DNA of 64,000 bases from Candidatus Kerfeldbacteria bacterium (GCA_043799405.1 JAZDNT010000001.1:25752-89751), one strand, 5' to 3'; counted from the first letter of the stretch, positions 39,252 to 49,860 are shown. Notes: generated by a model from the sequence alone, not told the origin. Program-made: numbers and translations.

Positions 39252-40896
39252 ATCCATCATCGCGTTTGTCGTCATGGTGCTCGCAGTTTCTGCGGTGCTC
39301 ATGATCGTTCCAGCTGTCCGGGAATCACAGACGTCGGACGAAGCGACGTACGTCGTATCAGGCTTGAGTTACTGGAAGACCGGCGATTTCCGTCTGAATG
39401 TCGAACATCCGCCCCTGCTCAAGGAGCTTCTGTCCCTGCCTGCGTTCGTACGCGGTGCGCGGTTTTTTGCTAACGCGTCTGATTGGAACGGTGCGAGCCA
39501 GTGGGACGTCGCCCCAAAGGTGCTCTACGGGAACAGTACCCCCGGATCACAGCTGTTGACCGATGCACGTTTTGTTAATGTGCTCCTTGCACTCATCCTC
39601 ATTGTCGTTACGTCATGGTGGTCGTTCAAGACGTGGGGGAAGTGGGGAGGACTAGTAACGCTCATTATCGTCGCGTTCGAGCCGAACCTTCTCGCCCACG
39701 GCCACCTAGCAACGACCGATGTCGGCTACGCGCTCGGCGTTATCGGTAGCCTAGTAACGTTCGGATTTTTCCTTGAGCGCCCCGTTGTACTGCGGATGGT
39801 CGTTGCAGCTGCGGTATTTTCGTTCGCCCTCCTTACGAGGTTCAATGCCCTATTGCTCATTGTTCTGTTGCCGATACAATACTTTGTTACGGTTCAACGC
39901 TCGAGAGGTTCTGTTCGACTTGATCGGCGTACGCTCATGAAGACCGTTTTAGTCTTTTTTCTGATGAGCGTTGTTGTTGTGTGGGCATGTTACGGCTTCG
40001 AAGTGCGCTCCCTCGATCGAGTTCAGGACAGTTCAGCGCGCGAACAGCTGGAGCTCTTCGGAGCATTCGGACGATTCCTCGAGCGTATTCCGCTTCCGGC
40101 AGCGTCGTACATGAGCGGGACGCTGTGGCAACTTGAGCACAGCGTGAGCGGTCAGATCGCGTACCTGTTCGGGAACGTACGGATGGGAGGATGGTGGTAC
40201 TACTACCCGACAGCGATCGTGATAAAAATGACCCTCGGCGCTCTTGCGCTCGTGCTGATTGCGCTCTTTATCCGAAAATCATCACCTTCTAAGGATGATA
40301 CGCGTCGGGTATTCACCGGTACGTTCATTGCCGTGCCAGCAACGGTATTGATGGCATCGGCGATGATAACTCACCTCGACATCGGCGTACGGTACGCGCT
40401 CCCCGTCATTTGTATGCTCGTTGTTACTGCAGGAGCTTCGGTAACCATTCGCATGCGGGCTCAAGCACGCATTGTCATTGTCGTAGCGTTGCTCTGCTTC
40501 CATATAGCTTCTGTTGTAAGGGCGTTCCCTCACTTCATTCCGTATGCGAACGAAGCATTCGGCGGGTCGCAGAAACTATCAAAGTACCTCGTTGATTCTA
40601 ACCTTGATTGGGGTCAGGACCTGGATCTTCTGCGGCAGTACTTCGAAAAAAACAACATCAGCGACTATCGACTCAGCCCGTTCTCAAACGTGCCGCTCTG
40701 GGCATACGGACTACAGGGAACTGCAGCTCCATCCGATGGCGAGCTCGCGTTTCAGCCGTACAGCGGAGTTGTTGCGATCGGAGTCACCGAACTAATGTAT
40801 AATGCCGGGCGCTATCAATGGTTAGCTCGATCGAAACCCACCGCAATTATCGGTCACTCGATTAATGTCTATGATTTTCGGGATTTTTCACGCTGA
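39232..40896 (+). CDS. ArnT/PMT-like (GT39/GT83-type) lipid-carrier-dependent glycosyltransferase
   Basis: Multi-TM N-terminal half with SDEATYV..G..Y......F.....HPPL.K. Confidence 0.65.
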   Translation: MLRLGTRSIIAFVVMVLAVSAVLMIVPAVRESQTSDEATYVVSGLSYWKTGDFRLNVEHPPLLKELLSLPAFVRGARFFANASDWNGASQWDVAPKVLYGNSTPGSQLLTDARFVNVLLALILIVVTSWWSFKTWGKWGGLVTLIIVAFEPNLLAHGHLATTDVGYALGVIGSLVTFGFFLERPVVLRMVVAAAVFSFALLTRFNALLLIVLLPIQYFVTVQRSRGSVRLDRRTLMKTVLVFFLMSVVVVWACYGFEVRSLDRVQDSSAREQLELFGAFGRFLERIPLPAASYMSGTLWQLEHSVSGQIAYLFGNVRMGGWWYYYPTAIVIKMTLGALALVLIALFIRKSSPSKDDTRRVFTGTFIAVPATVLMASAMITHLDIGVRYALPVICMLVVTAGASVTIRMRAQARIVIVVALLCFHIASVVRAFPHFIPYANEAFGGSQKLSKYLVDSNLDWGQDLDLLRQYFEKNNISDYRLSPFSNVPLWAYGLQGTAAPSDGELAFQPYSGVVAIGVTELMYNAGRYQWLARSKPTAIIGHSINVYDFRDFSR

Positions 40897-40929
40897 CGTC
40901 AGCGCGTAGTCGTGGTATACTAGAGCGGT

Positions 40930-42093
40930 ATGAAACTGCGTTCTATTCGTTCGGTATCGGTGCGGGGAAAGCGCGTGCTCGTACGCGCCGAGTTGAACGT
41001 TGCTCGCGATGCGAGCGGTAGGATCGTCGATGATTCACGCTTGCGCTCAGTAGTTCCGACAATTAAATTCTTAAGGAACAAGGGCGCTCGTATCATCATA
41101 GCGACGCACCTAGGGCGTCCAAATGGCAGGGTCGTTCGATCATTGAGTACGCGGTCGTTAGTAAGACCGCTTGCTCGCGCCCTGAACGCTCCGGTTATTG
41201 TTGCTCCTGATTCTGTAGGGAAGCGCGTTCGTACGCTTGTGGACTCTATGAAACCGAAAGACGTTGTTCTGCTAGAGAACGTTCGTTTCCATCCAGGAGA
41301 GGAACAAGACGATCATTCGTACGCACACCAGTTGTCTATACTTGCGGATATATTCGTCCTTGAGTGTTTCGGAACGGCACACCGGAAACATGCGTCGGTT
41401 ATTGGTGTTGGCCGGTACCTTCCGAGCTATGCCGGATTTGAATTCATGCAAGAGGTACAGGAACTTTCGCGGCTATTGGTACGACCGCGGCGTCCGCTCG
41501 TTGCGCTCCTTGGGGGCGCGAAGATCTCAACGAAGATCGGCCTCATTGAGAACCTACTAAAACATGTCGATGCGCTGTTGCTTGGCGGCGCTTTGGCAAA
41601 TACCATCCTCAAGTCTCAGGGGATCCAGATCGGCGCATCGTTGAATGAACCCGGCATGGTTCGTCAGGTTCGACTGATGAACCTTACAGACGTCAGGTTT
41701 CATATACCCGTTGACGTCGTTGTGCATCGTAAAAGTTTCCGGCCGATCGTTCGCGCTGTTGGCGGTGTGAAGAGGGGAGAATCGATACTTGATATCGGTC
41801 CGGACACCGTTACCCTCTTTTCTAAGATCGTTCGTGAAGCGAAGACGATCGTCTGGAACGGGCCTATGGGTATGTTTGAACGGCGTCCGTTCGATCGCGG
41901 CACGTGCCGCATCGCTGAAGCGGTTGGAAGGGCAAGAGCGTACACTGTTGTCGGTGGGGGCGAGACCGTCGAAGCACTCAAGCGTTCAAAGGTTGAGAAA
42001 AGAATTGATTTCATTTCGACCGGTGGAGGCGCGATGATGGAGTTCCTTGAGGGGAAGCACCTTCCCGGTGTTGAACTTGTAAGGGAGTACTGA
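40930..42093 (+). CDS. pgk: phosphoglycerate kinase
   Basis: GKRVLVRAELNV; HLGRP; LENVRFH.GEE; GGGA. Confidence 0.95.
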   Translation: MKLRSIRSVSVRGKRVLVRAELNVARDASGRIVDDSRLRSVVPTIKFLRNKGARIIIATHLGRPNGRVVRSLSTRSLVRPLARALNAPVIVAPDSVGKRVRTLVDSMKPKDVVLLENVRFHPGEEQDDHSYAHQLSILADIFVLECFGTAHRKHASVIGVGRYLPSYAGFEFMQEVQELSRLLVRPRRPLVALLGGAKISTKIGLIENLLKHVDALLLGGALANTILKSQGIQIGASLNEPGMVRQVRLMNLTDVRFHIPVDVVVHRKSFRPIVRAVGGVKRGESILDIGPDTVTLFSKIVREAKTIVWNGPMGMFERRPFDRGTCRIAEAVGRARAYTVVGGGETVEALKRSKVEKRIDFISTGGGAMMEFLEGKHLPGVELVREY

Positions 42094-43355
42094 TGAAAAC
42101 AGCAACTATTCGTCATATAGCAGCACAGGAAATCCTCGATTCGAGGGGTGAGCCGACCATCCGTACGACCGTTGAACTAAAGAACGGTATGCGTGCGTCT
42201 GCAACGGTACCCGCTGGCGTATCGACTGGCTCGCACGAGGCGCACGAGAAGCGCGACGGCGGCGTTCGTTACGGCGGCAAGGGTGTACTTCGCGCTGTCC
42301 GGAACGTTACAACCGTGATCAGTAAGATGCTCTCTGGTGTTCCGATAGGCGATCAGCGCGGAATTGACGATCGGCTCATCGCGCTTGATCCTAAGCCGCA
42401 TCGCGACAGGATCGGAGCGAACGCCCTCCTCGGTGTTTCTCTTGCCTGCGCACGCGCAGGAAGCATTGCATCAGAAACCCCGCTCTACGTATACCTTCGA
42501 GAACAATTCTCTTTTCCAAAACCATCAACGTTCCCGAAACCGATGTGCAATATTCTCAATGGAGGACGACACTCTGACAACGGTATTTCGTTCCAGGAGT
42601 ACTTGGTCATTGCGGACGGAAGGACGATCCGAGAACAGCTTGAACGGGTATGGCGGGTCATTCGTGCCGTGAAAAGCGAACTCGTTACTCGTGGTGACAG
42701 GACGCTTGTCGGCGATGAAGGAGGGTTTGCGCCGCTGCTATCCTCGAACGAAGAAGGGCTTCGACTTCTCACAAAAGCGATCCGTCGCGCAGGCCTCCGT
42801 ATAGGAAAGGACGTTTCGCTGGCGCTCGACATCGCGGCGAGTGAATGGTACAGTGCGTCTCGTTCTAGCTACTTCATGAAGCCGGAAAAGAAAGCGTACA
42901 GCGGAACGGCACTCGCGCGATACTACCAGCGGCTCGCGACGAAGTATAACCTTCGATCGATTGAAGATCCGTTCGCGGAGGATGACTGGGATAACTGGAC
43001 GCTGCTTACGGAAAAACTCGGACGCTCTCTACTGCTGATCGGAGATGACCTCTTTGTAACGCAGAAGAGCCGTCTTGCACAAGGCGTTCATGTCCACGCG
43101 GCGAACGCGATTCTCATAAAACCGAATCAGGTCGGAACGCTCACCGAGACCATGGAAACGATTCAAAAAGCACGCGCATCGCATTACACGTACGTGATCT
43201 CGCACCGTTCAGGAGAGACCTGCGACGATTTCATCGCTGATCTTGCCGTAGCGGTCGGGAGCCCGTTCCTAAAAGCAGGTTCTCTCGCGAGAGGCGAACG
43301 ACTTGCTAAGTATAATAGGTTGCTCGTTATTGCGGAGGAGATTGGAATACTATGA
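42093..43355 (+). CDS. eno: enolase
   Basis: I.A.EILDSRG.PT; STG..EA.E.RDG; IKPNQVGTLTET; SHRSGET.D. Confidence 0.96.
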   Translation: MKTATIRHIAAQEILDSRGEPTIRTTVELKNGMRASATVPAGVSTGSHEAHEKRDGGVRYGGKGVLRAVRNVTTVISKMLSGVPIGDQRGIDDRLIALDPKPHRDRIGANALLGVSLACARAGSIASETPLYVYLREQFSFPKPSTFPKPMCNILNGGRHSDNGISFQEYLVIADGRTIREQLERVWRVIRAVKSELVTRGDRTLVGDEGGFAPLLSSNEEGLRLLTKAIRRAGLRIGKDVSLALDIAASEWYSASRSSYFMKPEKKAYSGTALARYYQRLATKYNLRSIEDPFAEDDWDNWTLLTEKLGRSLLLIGDDLFVTQKSRLAQGVHVHAANAILIKPNQVGTLTETMETIQKARASHYTYVISHRSGETCDDFIADLAVAVGSPFLKAGSLARGERLAKYNRLLVIAEEIGIL

Positions 43356-44914
43356 GCCCTCGAGCAACAACGCCGCTGGTGCTGACGATATTCGACGGAT
43401 GGGGAATTGCCCCGGCAGGCCCCGGGAACGCTATTACACTTGCTAAGACCCCCATTATTACCGCGCTTCAGAAGAAGTACCCATCTACCACGCTTGTTAG
43501 CAATGGAAAGGCAGTCGGTTTACCGACCAATCAAGAGGGTAACTCAGAAGCAGGTCATATGAATATCGGCGCCGGAAGGGCAGTTGAGCAGGACGCCGTA
43601 CGAATATCACGGAATATTTCCCAGGGTCGCTTCTTCAAGAACGCAGCTTTTCTCGCTGCACTGCACCACGCGAATAAGTACCGTTCCCAGCTGCACCTCA
43701 TCGGGCTCCTTACGACCGATCAGAGCGGACACGCCGATCCCGATCACATTATCGCTCTTCTCACAATGGCGCATGAGCACAAGGTGCGTTCGATCGTGCT
43801 TCACCTTTTCACGGACGGCAGGGATTCGCCGCCATCATCGGGGATACATTTACTCCGCAACATCGAAAGGCAGCTTCCGCCGGGGGCACGCATCGGTACT
43901 ATAATCGGCCGGTTCTACGCAATGGATCGCAAGAAGGTATGGGACCGGATACAACGTTCGTACGATACGCTTGTGAGCGGAGATGGGCGTCAGGCAGAGA
44001 CTGCTGAGACCGCGATACTCGAAGCGTATGAGCGAGGAGAGACCGATGAGTTCATTCAGCCGACCGTTATCGGACCGCGGACGAAGAGCCGCATTCGTTC
44101 GAACGATTCAATAATATATTTCAACCTTCGGTCCGACCGTGCGCGTGAACTGACAAAAACGTTCGTACAGAAAGATTTCACCACGCTCAATCCGGGATCG
44201 TTTAAGAGGAAGAAGGTTCCCCGGAACGTTTTGTTCGTTGCAATGACCGACTTCGGTCCCGATCTCGGTGAGATATACACGGCGTTTCCTTCGGTCGATC
44301 TCTACAACACGCTTCCTATGGTGCTGCGCAGGTACAAACAGCTCTTTATAGCTGAGAGCGAAAAATATGCGCACGTAACGTTTTTCTTCAATGGTGGCTA
44401 CTCGCAGCCTGTCGCAGGCGAGGACCGTATTCTTGTGCCGTCTCCTGATGTCATGTCGTATGACCAGGCTCCATTGATGAGCGCGAAAAAAATTACCGAC
44501 ATTATCGTTACTGACCTCAAGCAGAAAAAACACGACATCATCGTAATGAATTTTGCGAACCCCGACATGCTTGGCCATACCGGGAACCTTAAAGCGACGA
44601 TTACCGCGATCGAAACCATCGATTCGTGCGTTGGCAGGATACGAGACGCCGTTTCCGAAAGGGGAGGAACACTGATTCTGACCGCTGATCACGGTAATGC
44701 CGAAGATATGATATCAGCGGACGGAAAGAGCATTGATACCGAACACTCGAGGAACCCTGTTCCCTTTACCATCGTTACGCCGAAGCCGCTAGCCATCAAA
44801 CTACGATCGGATGGGATACTCGCTGATGTTGCACCGACCGTTCTCGACCTCCTCGACATCCAAAAGCCGATCGCTATGACCGGTACGAGCTTGCTTCACG
44901 GCTATGCCGACTAA
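43352..44914 (+). CDS. gpmI: 2,3-bisphosphoglycerate-independent phosphoglycerate mutase, copy 1 (more divergent)
   Basis: ILDGWG; GNSEAGHMNIGAGR; HLFTDGRD; ADHGNAE. Confidence 0.9.
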   Translation: MSPRATTPLVLTIFDGWGIAPAGPGNAITLAKTPIITALQKKYPSTTLVSNGKAVGLPTNQEGNSEAGHMNIGAGRAVEQDAVRISRNISQGRFFKNAAFLAALHHANKYRSQLHLIGLLTTDQSGHADPDHIIALLTMAHEHKVRSIVLHLFTDGRDSPPSSGIHLLRNIERQLPPGARIGTIIGRFYAMDRKKVWDRIQRSYDTLVSGDGRQAETAETAILEAYERGETDEFIQPTVIGPRTKSRIRSNDSIIYFNLRSDRARELTKTFVQKDFTTLNPGSFKRKKVPRNVLFVAMTDFGPDLGEIYTAFPSVDLYNTLPMVLRRYKQLFIAESEKYAHVTFFFNGGYSQPVAGEDRILVPSPDVMSYDQAPLMSAKKITDIIVTDLKQKKHDIIVMNFANPDMLGHTGNLKATITAIETIDSCVGRIRDAVSERGGTLILTADHGNAEDMISADGKSIDTEHSRNPVPFTIVTPKPLAIKLRSDGILADVAPTVLDLLDIQKPIAMTGTSLLHGYAD

Positions 44915-46481
44915 CTACCGCCCTCTCGTTCTCGTCGTGCTCGATGGTTGGGGCGTAGCGCCGAAGAACCGTGGTAACGCGATCATGTTGGCAAAAACAC
45001 CGACGTGGGACCGTTTGCTGCAGACGTATCCTTCGGTAACGCTTCAGGCGTCGGGCGAATCCGTCGGTCTCCCCTGGGGCGAGATGGGAAACTCCGAGGT
45101 CGGGCACATGAACATCGGAGCAGGGAAGATCATTTTTCGTGACCTTCCGAGGGTTAACCACGCTATTATCGATGGTACATTTTTCGATCGACCCGCGTTC
45201 ATTCAGGCAACTGATCACGTTCGAAAGACGAAGGGAAACCTCCACATCGTCGGGCTCATGAGTACCGGCGGCATCCACAGTTTCAATGAGCATTCGTACG
45301 CCCTTCTCGAATTCGCCGCAAAGGAAAAGATCAAGAACGTCTTCATGCACGTCATCCTCGATGGACGCGACACGCCCCATAACAGCGGCGAAGCGTTCGT
45401 ATCGAAGCTTGAAGGAAAACTGAAGGAGATGAAGTTCGGGAGGATCGCGACAATTGCCGGTCGTTTCTGGGCAATGGACCGTGATAACCACTGGGATCGC
45501 ATTCAGAAGGCATACCGCGCGATGGCAGAAGGCGCTGCTGATGAAACGTTCACCGATCCGATCGTTGCGGTGCGTACGTCGTACAGCCGCGGGATCTACG
45601 ATGAGGAATTCGTTCCGACGGTGATCACAAATACGGATGGCAGTCCGCGCGGCGTCGTGCAGGAGGGGGACAGTGTCATCTTCTTCAATTTTCGTTCTGA
45701 TCGTGCCCGTGAGATGACGAAAGCGTTCGTCTTGCCGGGATTCAACAAGTTCGATCGCGTGTACCTCAAAGATCTCACCTTCGTTGCCATGACCGAGTAC
45801 GAACAGAACCTTCCGGTTCTCGTTGCGTTCCCTCCTGAAGTCGTTCTGACCCCGTTCGCGAAGGTTATCAGTGACATAGGAGAGAAACAGCTGCACGTCG
45901 CAGAAACCGAGAAGTACGCCCACGTGACGTTCTTTTTCAACGGCGGCAGGGAAGAGCCCTTCCCCGGGGAGTCGCGATTACTCGTTCCGTCGCCTTCGGT
46001 TTCAAGCTATGACCAAAAACCGGACATGAGCGCGCGTGACGTAACGGAAAGGACGATAAAAGAACTCGGATCCGGGTTGTACGGATTCGTAATCGTTAAC
46101 TACGCTAATGCCGACATGGTCGGTCACACGGGGAACATTCCGGCAACGACAAAGGGTATCGAGACGATTGATGATCAGATCGACCGCCTTTCCTCAGCAG
46201 TACTGAACCTCGGCGGAGTCATGGTCATTACCGCAGATCACGGTAACGCTGAGGAGAAACTCAACCTCACCACTGGTTTCATTAACAAGGAACATACTGC
46301 GAACGCCGTTCCGTTCGTGCTCATCGGTAAGCAGTGGGAGGGGCGGGGAAGGAAATCGGCTGATCTGAGCACGGTCACCCCGAGCGGCATGCTCGCCGAT
46401 GTCGCACCGACCCTTCTTGAGCTTGAGGGACTTCCTAAACCGCCAGAAATGACGGGGAGAAGTTTCTTGAAGCTACTGTAA
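44904..46481 (+). CDS. gpmI: 2,3-bisphosphoglycerate-independent phosphoglycerate mutase, copy 2
   Basis: VLDGWG; GNSEVGHMNIGAGK; H.ILDGRDT; NYANADMVGHTG; ADHGNAE. Confidence 0.93.
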   Translation: MPTNYRPLVLVVLDGWGVAPKNRGNAIMLAKTPTWDRLLQTYPSVTLQASGESVGLPWGEMGNSEVGHMNIGAGKIIFRDLPRVNHAIIDGTFFDRPAFIQATDHVRKTKGNLHIVGLMSTGGIHSFNEHSYALLEFAAKEKIKNVFMHVILDGRDTPHNSGEAFVSKLEGKLKEMKFGRIATIAGRFWAMDRDNHWDRIQKAYRAMAEGAADETFTDPIVAVRTSYSRGIYDEEFVPTVITNTDGSPRGVVQEGDSVIFFNFRSDRAREMTKAFVLPGFNKFDRVYLKDLTFVAMTEYEQNLPVLVAFPPEVVLTPFAKVISDIGEKQLHVAETEKYAHVTFFFNGGREEPFPGESRLLVPSPSVSSYDQKPDMSARDVTERTIKELGSGLYGFVIVNYANADMVGHTGNIPATTKGIETIDDQIDRLSSAVLNLGGVMVITADHGNAEEKLNLTTGFINKEHTANAVPFVLIGKQWEGRGRKSADLSTVTPSGMLADVAPTLLELEGLPKPPEMTGRSFLKLL

Positions 46482-46517
46482 CACTACCCGATACTAGCCG
46501 GTTTTCTTTTTCGCACT

Positions 46518-47018
46518 ATGTGGGCCCTAGAAACTGCGGCAGCGCTCAAGCTCCTCTTTGTGTTTCTCGTGGGATTCATCCTGCCGATCGTCCCGCCTTT
46601 TCCCGTACGCCTCGCAGTAGTAATACCGATCGTTTCAGCATCAGTAAACCCGATTGCGGTCGTACTGGCTGCAGCGCTCGGTTCAAGCCTCGGTACGTTG
46701 CCGCTCTACGGATTGTCGATGAAGGCAAAAGATACACGGCTCGTCAAACGCTGGCTGCGTCGCGAATGGGTACGGATAACACTTCGATTCCTTGAAGGAA
46801 AGATGTTCCTTACCGTACTGCTGTTCGCACTCCTGCCGCTTCCCGATCAGCTCATGAGCGTCATCGGAGGGTTACAGCGGTACCCAGCGAGACGAATGGC
46901 GCTCGGTTTTTTCATCGGAAGGCTCCCATACTACTGCGCACTTGCATATCTCGGCAGCTCCGAGCGTGACATCATCAACGGTGCGCTTAAATCGTTCGTT
47001 GCGCTGTTCGGGATGTAA
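46518..47018 (+). CDS. small membrane protein (YqaA/DedA-like)
   Basis: Four TM segments; weak resemblance only. Confidence 0.45.
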   Translation: MWALETAAALKLLFVFLVGFILPIVPPFPVRLAVVIPIVSASVNPIAVVLAAALGSSLGTLPLYGLSMKAKDTRLVKRWLRREWVRITLRFLEGKMFLTVLLFALLPLPDQLMSVIGGLQRYPARRMALGFFIGRLPYYCALAYLGSSERDIINGALKSFVALFGM

Positions 47019-47092
47019 CGTTCTGCCCTCTATGGTTTTCGGAAACGCTGTACGTAAAGAATCCGTAACGGTATACTTAAGGAGCATACGCT

Positions 47093-48847
47093 ATGACGCA
47101 TCACTGGAAAGTACGTCCTAAAGTTCCGGACGAGATCGTCGAACGGTTCCCCGAGATCGATCCGATCCTGCTGCAGCTTTTGTATTCCCGGGGTCTTAAT
47201 GAGCAGGATAGCATCGATGAGTTTCTTGAGCCTGATTTTTCAAGGGATATGCACGACCCGTTCCTGTTCCGTGATATGCGTGCTACTGTATCGCGCATCG
47301 AAAAGGCAATACGCGACAAGGAAAAGACGGTAATCTACGGCGACTACGACGCTGACGGTGTCTGTGCAACCGCGGTACTTTCTGAGACTATCGCCGCGCT
47401 CGGCGGATCCGTCGACGTCTATATCCCATTCCGTGAAACAGAAGGGTATGGATTGAACGTACGCGCCGTAGAAGAGCTCCATACGAAAGGGACGCGGCTC
47501 ATCATAACCGTCGATTGCGGAACGACGAACGTTCGTGAGGTCGCTCGTGCTAGTGAGCTTGGCATGGACGTAATAATTACGGACCATCACGACGAACCGC
47601 TCGAGCTTCCAAAATCATACGTAATAGTAAATCCCGAACTAACCGGACAGGGCTACCCCTATCATCACCTGTCTGGAGCGGGCGTTGCGTTCAAGGTCGC
47701 GACAGCCCTTCTCCAGCATACATCATACGGCGCAAAACTCGGTTCAGCGGTCCTCTCTGTCGGTTGGGAAAAGTGGCTCCTTGATATCGTCGCCATCTCG
47801 ACGGTGACGGATATGGTTCCCATGCTCGGCGAAAATCGCGTTATCGTTCGTTACGGACTCGCCGTTCTGAAAAAGACGAAGCGTATCGGGCTCCGCGAAC
47901 TGATCGGGCGTATCCGTACGCAGATTGAAGACATTGATGAAGAGACGCTCGGATTTCAGATTGGTCCCCGCCTCAATGCTGCCGGAAGGATGAACCACGC
48001 ATCCTCAGCCTACAGGCTTCTCATGACAAGGGATGCGAAAGAAGCAAGTAAACTCGCTGAGGATCTTTCGTCGCAGAACACAGAACGCCAGCGCCTAACC
48101 GATGCTACATTTAAGGAAGCGCTTGAGCAGATCGGGGATACTCCTGCAGCGCACCTTGTCTTCGCTATCGGTACCACGTGGGCTCCTGGTATCATCGGAC
48201 TTGTTGCAGGCAAGCTCGTTGAGCGGTATAACCGGCCAGCTATCGTTTTTATAAAGTCGGGTCCGCGATACATAGGCTCAGGACGGTCGATCGATGCCTT
48301 CGATATCACAAAAGCGCTTGGAAGCGTTGCCCAGTTGCTCGATCGGTATGGCGGTCATCCTCAGGCATGCGGATTTACCCTGAAGAATAAATCAAAACCA
48401 AACATCGTCGGAGAACAGTTAGTATCGATCGCTGATAAGCAGTTACGCGGAGTCGATCTAACACCGGTCATTGATGTTGATGCCGAGGTCGTACTTGACG
48501 ATGTCAACTGGAAGCTCGTCGAGGACGTTCAGCGACTCGCTCCGTTCGGTGAGGACGCTGAACAGCCAAGATTTTTAAGCCGCGGTTTACGCGTTGTTGC
48601 CGTTGATACCGTCGGAAAAGATAGCCAGCACCTACGGCTGCATGTCTCTCATGCAACGTCAGAGGTCAAGAAGACGATCGGGTTCCGTTTCGGATCCTGG
48701 ATACAATCGATACGACCCGGAGATAGCATTGACTGCATTTTCGAGGTAGGTATGAACGAATGGAACGGTGAAAGGGAGATCGAACTAAAGATAGTCGACC
48801 TTGATCACAGCGGATCCAATCAGCACGGAAAGGAGGCGTTAGGATGA
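47093..48847 (+). CDS. recJ: single-stranded-DNA-specific exonuclease RecJ
   Basis: IYGDYDADGVCA, ITVDCG, IITDHH, GGH..A.G. Confidence 0.93.
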   Translation: MTHHWKVRPKVPDEIVERFPEIDPILLQLLYSRGLNEQDSIDEFLEPDFSRDMHDPFLFRDMRATVSRIEKAIRDKEKTVIYGDYDADGVCATAVLSETIAALGGSVDVYIPFRETEGYGLNVRAVEELHTKGTRLIITVDCGTTNVREVARASELGMDVIITDHHDEPLELPKSYVIVNPELTGQGYPYHHLSGAGVAFKVATALLQHTSYGAKLGSAVLSVGWEKWLLDIVAISTVTDMVPMLGENRVIVRYGLAVLKKTKRIGLRELIGRIRTQIEDIDEETLGFQIGPRLNAAGRMNHASSAYRLLMTRDAKEASKLAEDLSSQNTERQRLTDATFKEALEQIGDTPAAHLVFAIGTTWAPGIIGLVAGKLVERYNRPAIVFIKSGPRYIGSGRSIDAFDITKALGSVAQLLDRYGGHPQACGFTLKNKSKPNIVGEQLVSIADKQLRGVDLTPVIDVDAEVVLDDVNWKLVEDVQRLAPFGEDAEQPRFLSRGLRVVAVDTVGKDSQHLRLHVSHATSEVKKTIGFRFGSWIQSIRPGDSIDCIFEVGMNEWNGEREIELKIVDLDHSGSNQHGKEALG

Positions 48848-49257
48848 AAGCAAGAACGTTCACTATACATACTGACGGGGGAGCCCGGGGGAATCCCGGA
48901 CCGGGAGCGATCGGCGTTGTCATCCGTGAGCACGGGAAGACCCTTCAGTCGTTTGGGGCGTTCATCGGCGAACGAGTTACGAACAATCAGGCTGAGTACC
49001 GCGCAGTCGAGGAGGCACTGAAGAAGGCAAAAGAGCTTGGCGGTACCCATCTCTCGGTACACCTTGATAGTGAGCTTGTCGCGAATCAGCTTCGTCGTGA
49101 GTTCAAAATAAAAGATCGAGAGCTCAGCGTACTCTTCGTGCGCGTGTGGAACCTCATGCAAGGTTTTAAAAAAGTGACGTTTATCGTCGTACCGAGAGAA
49201 AAGAATTATGCTGCAGATGCTGAGGTTAACCGAGTACTCGACAGCGCAGGGTACTGA
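48844..49257 (+). CDS. rnhA: ribonuclease HI
   Basis: HTDGGARGNPGPGAIG; NNQAEYRAV..AL; DSELV..Q. Confidence 0.85.
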   Translation: MKARTFTIHTDGGARGNPGPGAIGVVIREHGKTLQSFGAFIGERVTNNQAEYRAVEEALKKAKELGGTHLSVHLDSELVANQLRREFKIKDRELSVLFVRVWNLMQGFKKVTFIVVPREKNYAADAEVNRVLDSAGY

Positions 49258-49271
49258 TACTAACCGGAGCC

Positions 49272-49300
49272 TTGACGAAAACGCCCTGTTTTTGTATGCT
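49272..49300 (+). promoter_or_regulatory. sigma70-like promoter (TTGACG-17-TATGCT) for rnpB
   Basis: Hexamers with a 17-nt spacer, 5-10 nt upstream of the P1 5' strand. Confidence 0.5.
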
Positions 49301-49305
49301 CATGA

Positions 49306-49850
49306 AGCTCTCAGGAGACCGGATGATCGCTCTCCTACGCTCACCTGCGGTGAGCTTCGGCGAGTTCCAGATTGATTGGGGCTTGCCCACCGAAGCTCGC
49401 TAGAGGCGAGCGTAGGGGGGAGGAAAGTCCGAACACCTCCTTTGAAAAAAGGAAACAGGGGAGTCGCTAACGGCGACCGAGCGAGCTACGTGAGCATCCG
49501 TTCGCGAATACTCACGTGACGAAGCTCAGGGATAGCGCAACAGAAACATACCGCTGCGCTCAACTTATCGGGTGCAGTAAGGGTGAAATCGTGGGGTAAG
49601 AGCCCACGGCTTGGTCGGGTGACCGATCGAGCGGGCAAGCCCTCCCCGGTGCAAGATCGAATAGGTCCCGACCGCGAAAGTGCGGCGAGACGGGTAGATC
49701 GCTAGAGGTCGTCAGCAATGGCGATCCAAGAGAGATGATCATTCAGCCTACGTCGGAGACTCCGGCTGACAAGCGTCCCATAACGGAACTTGTCCACCGA
49801 AGCCTCCGGCGCAGGTGGACAGAATTCGGCTTACAGGCCTCCTGAGGGCA
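49306..49850 (+). ncRNA. rnpB: RNase P RNA (bacterial type A core with expansions, ~545 nt)
   Basis: GGAGGAAAGTCCGAACAC (CR-I/P4), ACAGAAACATACCGC, GTAAGGGTGAAA, GGTAAGAGCCCAC and ACAGAATTCGGCTTACAG (CR-V/P4). P1 pairs CTCAGGAG with CTCCTGAG (49836-49846). Confidence 0.93.
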
Positions 49851-49860
49851 CCTATACATT

